Assembly: GCA_963696385.1 (NCBI GenBank)
Contig: CAVOKF010000005.1
Coordinates: 640,001-704,000 of the forward strand
Length of the DNA: 64,000 nucleotides
Reading direction: 5' to 3'
Source: an uncultured delta proteobacterium
GTDB taxonomy: Bacteria > Myxococcota_A > Polyangia > Polyangiales > Polyangiaceae
Shown: positions 22,390 through 34,525 of the stretch, one piece after another
Layout: every line of letters begins with the position of its first letter
How positions within the stretch are numbered: the first letter of the stretch is position 1
Made by a program: the position numbers and the translations under genes
The notes under the pieces: generated by a model
What the model was told of the DNA's origin: nothing
What the model saw: only the letters and a program-made list of their open reading frames with translations
The model's database searches: none

Positions 22390-22543
22390 AGGGTTCTCGA
22401 AACATTGCCACAACTTGTCGGCCTGTGAAGGCGTACAAAGCCGCTCCGTGACCGACCCGAGACGATTTCAGCGCCCGGTGCGCCGGGGATAGGGTGCTCG
22501 TTCCCCTGCAGCTCGATTTGTGTGCAGAGGTGCGACCGGGGTA

Positions 22544-23914
22544 TCAAAGCCCCATGGGCAAATCGAGCGTCCGGTGCTTGCGCCATGCGCGGTCGCCGCC
22601 GCCGATCTTCTTCTCGGCGAGCTCGCGCATCATCAAATTGAGCGGCCAATACGCCACGTTCTGGATCCATGAGTGCCGAACACCAAAGTCGTATCGCCGG
22701 CGAATCGAAGACATCGAGTACATCGATCGCCAGGCCCGCACCCATCCCTCGCGCAGCACTTCCCGCGACATTCGCGCGGGGCTGTAAAAAGGCGCATCGG
22801 TGTCGTGGTCGCTGCTCAGCCACCACGCGTCTTTGGTCAGCCGCTGTTCCGCCTTCAATCGTTTGTACAACGCGGTGCCGGGGTACGGCGTGAGCAGCGC
22901 GAAGAGCGCCATCGTGACCTTGGCTTCAATGCAAAATTCCACCGTGCGCTCGAACGCGTCGGGTGCATCGTCGTCGAGGCCGAAGATGAAGCTTCCCCAG
23001 ACTGCGATGCCGTGGTCGGCGAGGCAGCGAACGACCTCGCCGTATTTGTTGGGCTTGTTCTGCCGCTTGCCCGCGTGGCGCACCGCATCGTCGGCGACGG
23101 ATTCGAAGCCAATGAAGAGCGCCCGGCATCCGGCACGGGCCATGACCGCGATGTTGTCGACCCGATGCAGCGCCGCCAGCGACGCCTGCGCGACCCAATG
23201 CTTGTGCAGAGGCACCATCGCCTCGAAGAGCTCGTGGCTGTACTTCGTGTGAATCATCACGTTGTCGTCGCCGAAGAGGATCCTCGACCCGCAGGTTTCG
23301 AGCTCCGCGAGGACTTCGGGCACCGGCCGAAACCGGAACTTCGTCCCGTTGTACGTGGACACGCTGCAGAATTCGCACGGGAATGGGCATCCGCGGGTCG
23401 TTTGGACGACGTCGAACGGAACGTAGTGGAGCGACGTGAACAGGTCCCGTCTGGGCTTTGGCAGGCCGACGAGCGGCTTCCAGTCATCATGCTTGTAGAC
23501 GGCCCGGCGGATGAGCGATCGTCCGCGGCCGATCTTGCCTTCGCGCGCGTCGCGTACGACGTCTTGCCAGATCCACTCCGCCTCGCCGCTCACCACCGCG
23601 TCGGCGTGCTCGAGCCCCTCGTCGGGAAGCGCCGTCACGTGAATCCCGCCGAGGACCACGCGGCTGCCGCGCGCGCGGTAGGCGTCGGCGATCGCATACG
23701 ATCGCGCGGCCGTCTTGGATCCCACGCTGATTCCGACGAGGTCCGGCGCGTCGGTTTCGCGCTCCAGATCGATGGGATCGATCCCGTCGTCGCGGAAGGT
23801 CAACTGGACGTCGTCGGGAGTGTGCGCGGCGAGCGTCGCGGCCCAGAGAGGCTTGATGTACGTCGAGTCCTCGTTGGACGGGGCGACGAGGTGGACCTGA
23901 AAGGGGCGCGCCAT
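22544..23914 (-). CDS. B12-binding radical SAM protein
   Basis: VVLGGIHVT, GEAE, TRGCPFPCEFC (CxxxCxxC), FIGFES, TPYPGT. Confidence 0.92.
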   Translation of the reverse strand: MARPFQVHLVAPSNEDSTYIKPLWAATLAAHTPDDVQLTFRDDGIDPIDLERETDAPDLVGISVGSKTAARSYAIADAYRARGSRVVLGGIHVTALPDEGLEHADAVVSGEAEWIWQDVVRDAREGKIGRGRSLIRRAVYKHDDWKPLVGLPKPRRDLFTSLHYVPFDVVQTTRGCPFPCEFCSVSTYNGTKFRFRPVPEVLAELETCGSRILFGDDNVMIHTKYSHELFEAMVPLHKHWVAQASLAALHRVDNIAVMARAGCRALFIGFESVADDAVRHAGKRQNKPNKYGEVVRCLADHGIAVWGSFIFGLDDDAPDAFERTVEFCIEAKVTMALFALLTPYPGTALYKRLKAEQRLTKDAWWLSSDHDTDAPFYSPARMSREVLREGWVRAWRSMYSMSSIRRRYDFGVRHSWIQNVAYWPLNLMMRELAEKKIGGGDRAWRKHRTLDLPMGL

Positions 23915-23945
23915 GGCGCGCGATCATAGCTCAGCTGAACCCGCG

Positions 23946-24521
23946 CTACGGCGACAGGCGGATCGAGTCCCACGCGCCCTCTCGACGCTCGAAGCGGATG
24001 CGCTCGTGCAGGCAATCGGCCCCACGCGTCCAGATTTCCACCGCCGTGGCGCTCACCAGGTAGCCGCCCCAAAAATCCGGGCGGCGAACGTCTCGACCCT
24101 CGTACTCGGCGGCGATTTGCCGCGATCGCGCCCGCAGCCACTCCATGCTCTCGATGGGGCGACTCTGAGCCGACGCGAGCGCGGACACCCGGTGGCCCCG
24201 CGGCCGCTGATCGAAGTACGCGTCCGACTCGGCCGGGGCAAGTCGTTCGACGCTGCCTTCGACGCGCACCTGCGCGTCCAGAATCGGCCAGAAAAAGCAC
24301 GCGGCCGCACGCGGATTGCGGGATAGGTCGAGGCCTTTGCGACTTTCGTAGTTCGTGAAAAAGCGGATGCCGCGCGCATCCACCCCGCGGCAAAGTACGA
24401 CGCGGACCGACGGGATGCCGTCCGGCGTCGCGGTCGCGAGAGCCATCGCTTCGGGTTCGGGCGCCCCGCGCCGCCGGGCTTCGTCGATCCAATCGGCAAG
24501 ACGGCCGAGCGGATCCGTCAT
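23946..24521 (-). CDS. pdxH: pyridoxamine 5'-phosphate oxidase
   Basis: AMALAT, PSVRVVL, FFTNYESRKG, QVRVEG, SAQS, WGGY, LHER, RLSP. Confidence 0.93.
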   Translation of the reverse strand: MTDPLGRLADWIDEARRRGAPEPEAMALATATPDGIPSVRVVLCRGVDARGIRFFTNYESRKGLDLSRNPRAAACFFWPILDAQVRVEGSVERLAPAESDAYFDQRPRGHRVSALASAQSRPIESMEWLRARSRQIAAEYEGRDVRRPDFWGGYLVSATAVEIWTRGADCLHERIRFERREGAWDSIRLSP

Positions 24522-25096
24522 TGCGGCTTGTGCGCAACGGTCGGGCCGACGACGAGCGTTCCGGACGACCGCTGGGACTGACGGAACTCGCTGAGAATGA
24601 TTTTGCGTGTGGCTTCCGGCAGAGCGCGGACAGCGGGAAAGATGATCTCTTCTTCGAGCTGCAGGTGGCCTTCCAAGAGCGACGCGAGCGTCCTGCAGCC
24701 GGCGTGCAACGACTCGCCGATTTGCGCGAGATCCGAGGGCCGAGCCATCACCCGCGCCCAAATTTGGTCGAGGCTCGTGATGGCCTCTTCGAGCGCGCGA
24801 TGATCTCCGGCCATTCGTGCGAGCGCATGCTCGATCGCGCGTCCGGGACGAGTGTCGAGCAGGCGGGAAACGACGCAGTCTTCCTCGTCGCGATCGTGCA
24901 GCGGAAGGGCCGTGCCGAAGAATCGCCGAAGCGCCGACGCCGAGTCGGCGATCAGTCGAGGAGAGGCCTGCGGGCTGCGCGCGAGGCGCAGGCCAACCGT
25001 CGCGAAGTGCCGCGCCCGTTCGTGGCCGAGAAGCAGTGCCTCGACCGGGTCCTGGGGCTCGGGTTGCGGCCCTGGGGTGGTCCTCGACGAAAGCAT
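24518..25096 (-). CDS. hemerythrin (HHE) domain protein
   Basis: H, HDRDEE, DH and HLQLEEEIIFP motifs; 4-bp overlap with the pdxH start. Confidence 0.75.
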   Translation of the reverse strand: MLSSRTTPGPQPEPQDPVEALLLGHERARHFATVGLRLARSPQASPRLIADSASALRRFFGTALPLHDRDEEDCVVSRLLDTRPGRAIEHALARMAGDHRALEEAITSLDQIWARVMARPSDLAQIGESLHAGCRTLASLLEGHLQLEEEIIFPAVRALPEATRKIILSEFRQSQRSSGTLVVGPTVAHKPQ

Positions 25097-25208
25097 GGGC
25101 GTCAGTTTCCCTCTTGGCTCGCGTTCACGCTACAAGAACCTAGCGCGATCGTCGCGATCTCGACGGCGGTCGCGGCAACCGCGTGGCATGGGCCGTGCTG
25201 GACCGGTC

Positions 25209-25970
25209 CTACTCCGTCGCGCCGACCGCGAAGCGGCCAACTTGGGCCCCGCTCATCTCGATGATGCCGAGCGCGGCGAATAGGCGCATCACGTGGTACG
25301 TAGGATCAATTTCGAACCAGCGCACCGCGAAGTTCGGGCTCATCGCGAACTTGTGATGATTATTTTGAAATAACTCGCCCGCTGTCAAGAAATCGACCGC
25401 CAGCGTGTTTCGCGAGGCGTCGCCGTTGTTGAAATTGCGGTATCCGTACTTGTGCCCGCACCAGTTGACGATGGCGCCGTGAACCGGACCCATTACGTAA
25501 TGGATCGGCAGGAGCGCGAACATCCACGGATGGGTGGCGAAGCGAACGTAAAAAAGCGTGTAGGCCGCTCCCCACGCGACCCGACCGGCCCACGACTGGC
25601 CGAGCCGATCGATGAGCGGCCAGCGCGGCAGGCCACCGTCGAATCGCGCTTCCGGATGAACTCGGTTGTACGCGAAATCGTCGTACCGCTTCTTGGTCGC
25701 CAGCATCATCGACACGAGACCGCAGTGGTTGAGTGGCGAATGAGGGTCCTTCGGCGTGTCGCTGAACGCGTGGTGCATCCGGTGCAAAATCCCGTACCCG
25801 CGGGGAACGAGAAAGCTCGCGCCCTGCGTCAGGTAGGTGCACAAGTAAAAAAAACGCTCCCAACGCGGGCTCATCGAGACCATGCGGTGAGCGCCGTAGC
25901 GGTGCAGAAAAAACGTTTGGAAAAATACCGAGATCTGCCAGTGCGCGACGAAGAAAATGACGATGATCAC
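25209..25970 (-). CDS. acyl-CoA / fatty acid desaturase
   Basis: His boxes HRYGAH, HRMHH, QNNHH; DPHSP; EIDPTY. Confidence 0.92.
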   Translation of the reverse strand: MIIVIFFVAHWQISVFFQTFFLHRYGAHRMVSMSPRWERFFYLCTYLTQGASFLVPRGYGILHRMHHAFSDTPKDPHSPLNHCGLVSMMLATKKRYDDFAYNRVHPEARFDGGLPRWPLIDRLGQSWAGRVAWGAAYTLFYVRFATHPWMFALLPIHYVMGPVHGAIVNWCGHKYGYRNFNNGDASRNTLAVDFLTAGELFQNNHHKFAMSPNFAVRWFEIDPTYHVMRLFAALGIIEMSGAQVGRFAVGATE

Positions 25971-26539
25971 CCCGGGTTCTCCTTGTTCGTCTCGCCCCCG
26001 CGAGGCCATGCGTGCACGCCGCCGCGCGGCGCGGGCCGGTGAGCGCGTCGTCGAGTGTCGTTCGCGACGCGGGCACGGTCGACTCCGCCAACATCGGTTC
26101 GAGGCCACTCGTAGCCTGGAGTCGCGCAACCGACCGTCATCGTTTGGTCATCCGATGGGCCACCAGAATCGCCCGATCGACTCCTTCGCTCTTTCGATGA
26201 GCCGGACTCGGGCATGGCGATCGGCTGCCGAGACGGGCTAGCGCGTGACATCGCTGGATCGTGGGAGTAGTTTGGTGACGCTTAGGGGTTGGGTTCGCGA
26301 TGGTCGCAATGGGCCAGCCCCGGCGCCACTTGCGGGGAGAAAGGCCGCGTAACGTGGAATGGCCCCGGACGCGCCTGAGGGGTAGGCGAAGCGTTTCATC
26401 GCCCATGAATGCGGTCGGCGCGCATTGGTCACGGTTGCGAAACGGCCATGACACGAGTGCCGTGATAAAAACGGCAGAACGAGAGTTCGATATGCCTCGG
26501 GACGATCCCTCGAATGTTGCACCGCCAGGTTGTCCAGCC

Positions 26540-26767
26540 ATGATGAATCTCGAGTTGACGGAACAAGAGGCTCGCCTGATGCGCGCTCAGCTCGTACGAC
26601 ACATCGTCGACCTCGAAGACGAGCTCGCCCGAGCCGAGCAGAGTGTGCTCGAGCGAGCCCTTGCGGTGGATATCCACGCTCTTCGCGAGCTCTACCGCAG
26701 ACTCACCTCGCTGCTCGATTCCTCGTCGCCGCCCTCGGGAGTCCACGCCGCGAAGTTCGTTCGCTGA
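26540..26767 (+). CDS. small helical hypothetical protein
   Basis: MMNLELTEQEARLMRAQL...DLEDELAR, protein-like composition. Confidence 0.55.
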   Translation: MMNLELTEQEARLMRAQLVRHIVDLEDELARAEQSVLERALAVDIHALRELYRRLTSLLDSSSPPSGVHAAKFVR

Positions 26768-26831
26768 CGTCGCAGCGAGCGATTTTCGCGAAATTCTTCC
26801 GAATTGGCTCTCCCAGTGACAGGATCGTCAC

Positions 26832-28370
26832 GTGCGGCTCGGCATCGACTTCGGAACGACGCGGACGGTCGTGGCATGTGCCGACCGCGGCAACCACCCC
26901 GTGGTCGACTTCGTCGATGAAGCCGGCGACGCTCGAGGCTGGATTCCGACCGTTGTAGCCGAGCGTCGAGGAGAGTTTCGCTTCGGTTTCGACGCGCTGG
27001 CCGTGGCCGACGACTCGTCGTTTTCGTTGCTGCGATCGTTCAAGCGGTTGCTGTCGGGGCCGAACGCCGGTCCGGGGCAAAAGGTGGCGATCGGCAGCAG
27101 CGTCATCCCGCTGACGGATCTCATCGCCCATTTTCTTTCGCATGTTCGGGAGGCGCTTCGAACGCGCTCGAATCTTCGGCGAAAGCTCTCGCAGGACCCC
27201 GATCTGCAGACGGTCGTGGCCGTTCCGGCCAACGCTTTTGCGGCGCAGCGCCTGATGACTCTCGACGCCTTCCGACAGGCCGGCTTCACGGTCGGCGCCA
27301 TCGTTCATGAGCCCTCCGCGGCCGGCTTCGAATACACGCATCGGCACCGAAACACCCTGACGTCGCGGCGCGATGTCGTCGTCGTCTACGACCTGGGAGG
27401 CGGGACCTTCGACGCCTCTCTTGTGCGCATGGCGGGCCTTCATCACGAAATCCTCGCTACCGCGGGCGTCGCCAAGCTCGGCGGCGACGACTTCGACATG
27501 GTGCTCGCCGAGGTCGCGCTCCGGATCGTGAACCTCGAACTCGGACACTTGCCGCCCCGGGCCGCCGAGCAATGGCTCGACCAGTGCCGCGCCGCCAAGG
27601 AATCGCTGAACGCGAACTCGCGCAAGATCACGCTCGACCTCGAAGCGGCTCTCGGGGATGGGGCGCCGCGGCCGGAGATTAGCCTGCCGGTTTCAGCCTA
27701 TTACGAAGCGTGCATGCCGCTTATCGATCGGTCGATCGCCGCGATGCAACCTTTGACGGCCCGCGCCGAGAACGAGGCGGAGGCCGACGACATCGCCGGG
27801 ATTTACGTCGTCGGCGGAGCGAGCGAACTGCCCATCGTCGGTCGCGCCTTGCGCGAGCGGTTCGGACGGCGCGTGCACCGATCCCCGTACCCGTCGGCGG
27901 CCGTCGCCATGGGTCTGTCGATCGCGTCCGACGAACACGGCGACTTTCGCCTCATCGACCGGTATTCGCGCACCTTCGCCGTATTTCGCGAAGCCGACGC
28001 CGGGCGCGAGGTCGTCCTGGATCCCATCTTCACCCGCGACGCCGTATTACCGGCGGAGGCCGAGGCCGTGACGTTCACGCGCAGCTATCAAGCGGTTCAC
28101 AACATCGGCCACTTCCGTTTTTTCGAGTGCTCCGACGTCGACGACCTGGGCAAGCCGAGGGGGGATATGGCGCTCTGCGGCGATGTGGTGTTCCCCTTTG
28201 ATCCGGCTCTTGCGCATCGAGAAGACATCGCGTCGGTACCGGTCGAGCGCCGCTTCGACCGCGGACCTCGGATCGTCGAGCAATACTCGCTCGACCACAA
28301 CGGCATCGTCCGGGTGAGAATCCAGAACGCAGACGCCGGATACGAACGCGAATACCGCATCGGCGCGTAG
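26832..28370 (+). CDS. Hsp70 family protein (non-DnaK)
   Basis: LGIDFGTT, VAVPA, EPSAA, VYDLGGGTFDAS, LGGDDFD, AKESL, VVGG. Confidence 0.9.
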   Translation: MRLGIDFGTTRTVVACADRGNHPVVDFVDEAGDARGWIPTVVAERRGEFRFGFDALAVADDSSFSLLRSFKRLLSGPNAGPGQKVAIGSSVIPLTDLIAHFLSHVREALRTRSNLRRKLSQDPDLQTVVAVPANAFAAQRLMTLDAFRQAGFTVGAIVHEPSAAGFEYTHRHRNTLTSRRDVVVVYDLGGGTFDASLVRMAGLHHEILATAGVAKLGGDDFDMVLAEVALRIVNLELGHLPPRAAEQWLDQCRAAKESLNANSRKITLDLEAALGDGAPRPEISLPVSAYYEACMPLIDRSIAAMQPLTARAENEAEADDIAGIYVVGGASELPIVGRALRERFGRRVHRSPYPSAAVAMGLSIASDEHGDFRLIDRYSRTFAVFREADAGREVVLDPIFTRDAVLPAEAEAVTFTRSYQAVHNIGHFRFFECSDVDDLGKPRGDMALCGDVVFPFDPALAHREDIASVPVERRFDRGPRIVEQYSLDHNGIVRVRIQNADAGYEREYRIGA

Positions 28371-28403
28371 ACGACCCACCGCCGCCCGGTACAATCTCGG
28401 GCG

Positions 28404-29096
28404 ATGGGCTACGAGCGCGAGGTGTGGGAGAGGCTGCATGCCGACCCCCGCTACTGCCCGGTGTATCCGCAAGACGTCGTCGTTCGCTGGGTCTTCCGCA
28501 ACTTCCCTCGCTCCCGGTCGAGCGAGTACCGGATCCTCGATGTCGGCTGCGGGGCGGGTCGCCACACGGTCTTTTTGGCGCGCGAAGGCTACCGAGTGTC
28601 GGCCTGCGACGTGTCGGTCGAAGGGGTGAACGTCACGCGAAAGCGGCTAAACGAGCAGAACGCCCACGCGGCGTGCGCGGTCTGCGAAGCGGACGCGCTC
28701 GACTATCCGTCGGAGTCGTTCGATGGGATCGTCTGCTACGGGGTCCTCTATTACTTGCCTTTCGATCGGTACGGCAACGCCGTGCGCGAGCTCCGCCGCG
28801 TCCTCAAGCCGGCAGGTCGGGCGCTCGTCGTGACGCGGACCCACCAGGACTCCCGGTGCCTGTCCGCCGAGCGCGTGGGCGAACATACGTTCCGGCTCGG
28901 TTCGCTTTCGGACGGGGCGCCGTCCAAGGTGGAAGAAGCCATGACGATGACGTTTCTCGACCACGAGGCCGTCCGGCGCTCGTTTGCGGACTTCGAGTCG
29001 GTTTCGATCGATCGAATCACGATGACCTCGGCCGCGGGAACGTTCGTGGACGACGACTGGATCGTGTGCGCCGCGCGCGGACCGGCACAATTGTGA
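28404..29096 (+). CDS. class I SAM-dependent methyltransferase
   Basis: ILDVGCGAGRH, SFDGIV, RVLKPAG. Confidence 0.88.
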   Translation: MGYEREVWERLHADPRYCPVYPQDVVVRWVFRNFPRSRSSEYRILDVGCGAGRHTVFLAREGYRVSACDVSVEGVNVTRKRLNEQNAHAACAVCEADALDYPSESFDGIVCYGVLYYLPFDRYGNAVRELRRVLKPAGRALVVTRTHQDSRCLSAERVGEHTFRLGSLSDGAPSKVEEAMTMTFLDHEAVRRSFADFESVSIDRITMTSAAGTFVDDDWIVCAARGPAQL

Positions 29097-29260
29097 TTGT
29101 TGGGGGGGCCACGATCAGAGGCGATCGGCGTGGTCGTGCGAGGTCGAGGCGCGCCCGTTCGGCGAGTCCTGGTAACCCGTGATCGTTGGGGGCCACGATC
29201 AGAGGCGATCGGCGTGGTCGTGCGAGGTCGACGCGCGCCCGTTCGGCGAGTCCTGGTAAC
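29094..29260. repeat. imperfect tandem duplication, two copies, period about 84 bp
   Basis: CCACGATCAGAGGCGATCGGCGTGGTCGTGCGAGGTCGA(G/C)GCGCGCCCGTTCGGCGAGTCCTGGTAAC starts at 29109 and 29193. Confidence 0.95.
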
Positions 29261-29288
29261 GTGCCCGGATGCGACAACCCAGGGACCG

Positions 29289-31283
<1,995 letters not shown>

Positions 31284-31487
31284 AGGCGGACCATGCGTCC
31301 ACTCAGGCCCGCACCGATGCAGCCGGCTGTCAGGCCAGGACTTCCGGTTCGGGCTTCGTGCGCCGGGTGGCGTACGCTTCGATGGCGGCATCGACGATCA
31401 TGGCAAACTCTCTTTTCCGGGGCGGTCGGTGATCTTCGGCTCCGAAGCCTACCGCTGGCCGGGGTCGTCTCGGGTCGGCGCGCGCGC

Positions 31488-33107
31488 TCAGTTCACGCCG
31501 GGCGCTTCGCGTCCGGTTCGCTCGACGTACTCGGCGTAGCCCCCGCCGTACCGGTGGTGGCCCTCCGGAGTCAATTCGAGCACGCGGTTCGACAGCGCCC
31601 GTAAAAACTGCCGATCGTGGGACACGAAGAGCATCGTGCCTTCGAACGAACGCAGGGCCCGGACCAGCATCTCCTTGGTCGAAAGGTCCAAGTGGTTGGT
31701 CGGCTCGTCGAGCACCAAGAAATTGGGGGGATCGTAAAGCGTGGCCGCCAAGACAAGCCGGGCCTTCTCGCCGCCCGACAGCACGCGACAGCGCTTGTCC
31801 ACGTCGTCGCCCGAGAATCCAAACGCGCCGGCCAGGGTCCTCATCGATCCGAGGGTGGCGAGCGGGAAGGCCCGTCGGAGCGACTCGATGACGCTCTCGT
31901 CGGGGTCGAGCAGCTCCATCGCGTGCTGCGCGAAATAGCCGATCTTCACGCTGGCCCCGACCGCGACGCGCCCGTCGTCGGGCGGTGTCGCTCCGGCGAC
32001 GAGTTTGAGCAGTGTCGATTTGCCGGCGCCGTTGACCCCCATGACGCACCAGCGCTCGCCGCGCCGGATGAGCCAATCCAGTCCGGAGTAGATCGATCGG
32101 GTTCCGTACGATTTGGAGACGCGATCGAGCTTGGCCACGTCGTCGCCGGATCGCGGCGCGGCTCGAAACTCGAACTCGACGACGTGGCGTCGTCGGGGGG
32201 GCTCGACCTTGTCGATCTTCTCGAGCTTCTTCACCCGCGACTGCACCTGTGCGGCGTGGCTGGCTCGCGCCTTGAATTTCTCGATGAAGGCCTTCTCCTT
32301 GGCGAGCATCGCTTGCTGGCGGGCATACTGCGCCTCCTGCTGGGCGGCGGCGATTTCCCGTTGTCGCTCGTAGAAGTCGTAGTTGCCCGAATAGGTCGTC
32401 ATCTCCCCGCCGTCGATCTCGACGATCTTGGTCACGAGACGGTTCAAAAATTCGCGGTCGTGCGACGTCATGACGAGCGCACCGTCGAAATCGCGCAAGA
32501 ACTGTTCGAGCCAGAGGATCGATTCGATGTCGAGATGGTTGGTCGGCTCGTCGAGCAGCAACGCATCGGGTTTCATCAGAAGAATGCGCGCGAGCGCCAC
32601 GCGCATTTTCCAGCCGCCCGACAGGTTGCCCACGTCCTCGTGGATCACCTCGTCGCGAAATCCCAGACCGGCGAGGATTTCGCGCGCGCGCGACTCGAGC
32701 TCGTAGCCCCCGAGGTTGTCGAACCGCGATTGGGCGTGCCCGAAGCGTTCGACCAGATCGTCGATTTCGTCCGCGCGCGCGGGATCGGCCATGGCGTGTT
32801 CGAGCGCGTGCAGCTCGCGCGCCGCATCGGAGACGTCGCCGGCCCCCGCCATCGTTTCTTCGAGCACCGACCGGCCCCGCATGTCGCCGACGTCCTGGCT
32901 GAAATAGCCGACCGCGGCGGTCCGATCGACCAGGACCTGGCCGCTGTCGGGGTGCTCTTCCTGCACGATCATCTTGAAGATCGTGGACTTGCCGGATCCG
33001 TTCGGTCCCACGAGTCCGACTTTGTCGCCTCGAAAGACGCTCATCGACGCGTCGAGGAACAGGATCTGACGGCCGTGTTGCTTGCCGATCGAATCGAGGC
33101 GGATCAC
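31488..33107 (-). CDS. ABC-F family ATP-binding protein
   Basis: GPNGSGKS, LSGGWKMR, DEPTNHLD twice, GVNGAGKS, no TM segments. Confidence 0.92.
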   Translation of the reverse strand: MIRLDSIGKQHGRQILFLDASMSVFRGDKVGLVGPNGSGKSTIFKMIVQEEHPDSGQVLVDRTAAVGYFSQDVGDMRGRSVLEETMAGAGDVSDAARELHALEHAMADPARADEIDDLVERFGHAQSRFDNLGGYELESRAREILAGLGFRDEVIHEDVGNLSGGWKMRVALARILLMKPDALLLDEPTNHLDIESILWLEQFLRDFDGALVMTSHDREFLNRLVTKIVEIDGGEMTTYSGNYDFYERQREIAAAQQEAQYARQQAMLAKEKAFIEKFKARASHAAQVQSRVKKLEKIDKVEPPRRRHVVEFEFRAAPRSGDDVAKLDRVSKSYGTRSIYSGLDWLIRRGERWCVMGVNGAGKSTLLKLVAGATPPDDGRVAVGASVKIGYFAQHAMELLDPDESVIESLRRAFPLATLGSMRTLAGAFGFSGDDVDKRCRVLSGGEKARLVLAATLYDPPNFLVLDEPTNHLDLSTKEMLVRALRSFEGTMLFVSHDRQFLRALSNRVLELTPEGHHRYGGGYAEYVERTGREAPGVN

Positions 33108-33180
33108 GCGTTCGTCCGTCTGCGCGTGGCCGGGCGTCGGTGCCCGTCAAGCCGTTGGTGGGGGAGGGGGGCCGGACGAA

Positions 33181-33648
33181 TCATCCGCGGACGCGCCAGT
33201 GGCCGACATACGTCTTTCCCAGATCGTCGCACGTCGGATCCGTGGCGACGATCTCCGGGCGGCCGCCTTTGCACACGAGCACCGTGTTTTGACGGAAGAC
33301 GCGTCCGAACGCGGTCGCCTCATCGCGGTCCATTCCATGGACCAACCAGGCCGGTTCACGCCAGGTTCCGTCGGGATCCTCTTCGTAACCCACGCATGCT
33401 TCGACACGGTAGACGCCGAGCACCAACAAGTCGCGCATGACGACGTGGCGCTGCTCGTTGACCTTGCGCGGCAGCAGCATCGAACGGGGGTTATATGCGG
33501 TGAGCACGGCGAACGGCTTCTGGAGAAGCTCTGGCAGCGCGGAGGGGTCCGACGCGAGCTCGCCGTCGAGCGAGACGCGCAGCAATCCCGAAGGGGATGG
33601 AAACTCGTACACCGTTCCCAGGTAGCTCCGGAGCAGGTTCTGGTCCAT
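33181..33648 (-). CDS. DUF3293-like protein
   Basis: YLGTVY, AVLTAYNP, N, WREP, GRVFRQNTV. Confidence 0.75.
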   Translation of the reverse strand: MDQNLLRSYLGTVYEFPSPSGLLRVSLDGELASDPSALPELLQKPFAVLTAYNPRSMLLPRKVNEQRHVVMRDLLVLGVYRVEACVGYEEDPDGTWREPAWLVHGMDRDEATAFGRVFRQNTVLVCKGGRPEIVATDPTCDDLGKTYVGHWRVRG

Positions 33649-33707
33649 GGAGGCGACACCGGATAGCACGAGTCCCGACGCCGCTCTCAGTGGAAAGCCG
33701 AGGCCGA

Positions 33708-33845
33708 GGTCGCGGTAGTCGCGGTCGCGGTAATCGCGGTAGTCGCGGTCGCGGTAGTCGGGGTCGCGGTAGTCGGGGTCGCGGTAGTCGGGGTCGCGGT
33801 AGTCGGGGTCGCGGTAGTCGGGGTCGCGGTAGTTCGGTCGCGGTC
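33708..33845. repeat. intergenic minisatellite, 15-bp unit GGTCGCGGTAGTCG(G/C), about 8 copies plus partials
   Basis: Read directly; units at 33708, 33723, 33747, 33762, 33777, 33792, 33807, 33822. Confidence 0.95.
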
Positions 33846-33846
33846 C

Positions 33847-34341
33847 TCACCCTGGATGAGCTAGGGCGTTTGCGCTTGGCGTGGCCGCCGGATGCGCCGT
33901 CGGGCGGTGAGGGGCAGGTTGGGACGACCCATCGAGGGGCATAAGGTCGACGTGCGTGTGCACCGACCTGGAGAATGCGATGCTTGGCGACTGCGGCTCA
34001 AAGCCCGGGGCTTCGACGCGAATCACGTGGCTCCGATCGTCGCGGGGATGTTCCGCCTCGTAGGGGTTGGTCGCGAGCGCCACGCCGTCGAGGAATATCT
34101 TCGCGCCGGACGGTAGCGCGTCGATCGAAACAACGATCGGCTCGGATGCCGGTGCGGAAGCCGCGGCCGACGGCGCCGCGGTCGGCGTGCTCTCGGTCGC
34201 GCGTTGGGGATCCGCCTCGTGGATGCCGTGAGTGCACGCGACTAGCATTGAAACGCCGGCCGTCGGCAGCGCGGAGATTCCCACGACCAAGCCGACGATG
34301 GGCGGCCAGCGACGCGCTTTGCGCGCTTGGGCGAGCCGCAT
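33847..34341 (-). CDS. PEGA-domain membrane/lipoprotein (alternative start 34425)
   Basis: Hydrophobic segment, then IDALPSGAKIFLDG...HVIRVEAPGF (PEGA-like). Confidence 0.65.
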   Translation of the reverse strand: MRLAQARKARRWPPIVGLVVGISALPTAGVSMLVACTHGIHEADPQRATESTPTAAPSAAASAPASEPIVVSIDALPSGAKIFLDGVALATNPYEAEHPRDDRSHVIRVEAPGFEPQSPSIAFSRSVHTHVDLMPLDGSSQPAPHRPTAHPAATPSANALAHPG

Positions 34342-34525
34342 GCCGCCCTCGCCGAGTGTCGGGACGAAGGGACGCCTTCGGTTCAATTGCGTCGGGCCAA
34401 GCCCGACCCCGTCTGATTTGGCCATGGTCGCCTGACTCGAACCCTCGCGCACCACCGTAACCCAGGGATGCGTTCGTTGCCCCGCCAAAACGCATGCCTT
34501 GATGCGACGGCGCACCCCAGCAAGG

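Noticed and set aside
25184..25199. Sigma54-like TGGCAT-N5-GTGC
   Set aside because: Points antisense into the desaturase 3' end; the reverse orientation lacks the required GG
26458..26476. TGCCGT-N7-ACGGCA inverted repeat
   Set aside because: Only 6-bp arms; plausible by chance and not assignable
29094..29260. Possible CRISPR array
   Set aside because: Only two ~81-bp units with no unique spacer and no cas genes
33491..33944. ORFs with RLPRP or GRGSR repeats
   Set aside because: Translations of the non-coding minisatellite that overlap real genes
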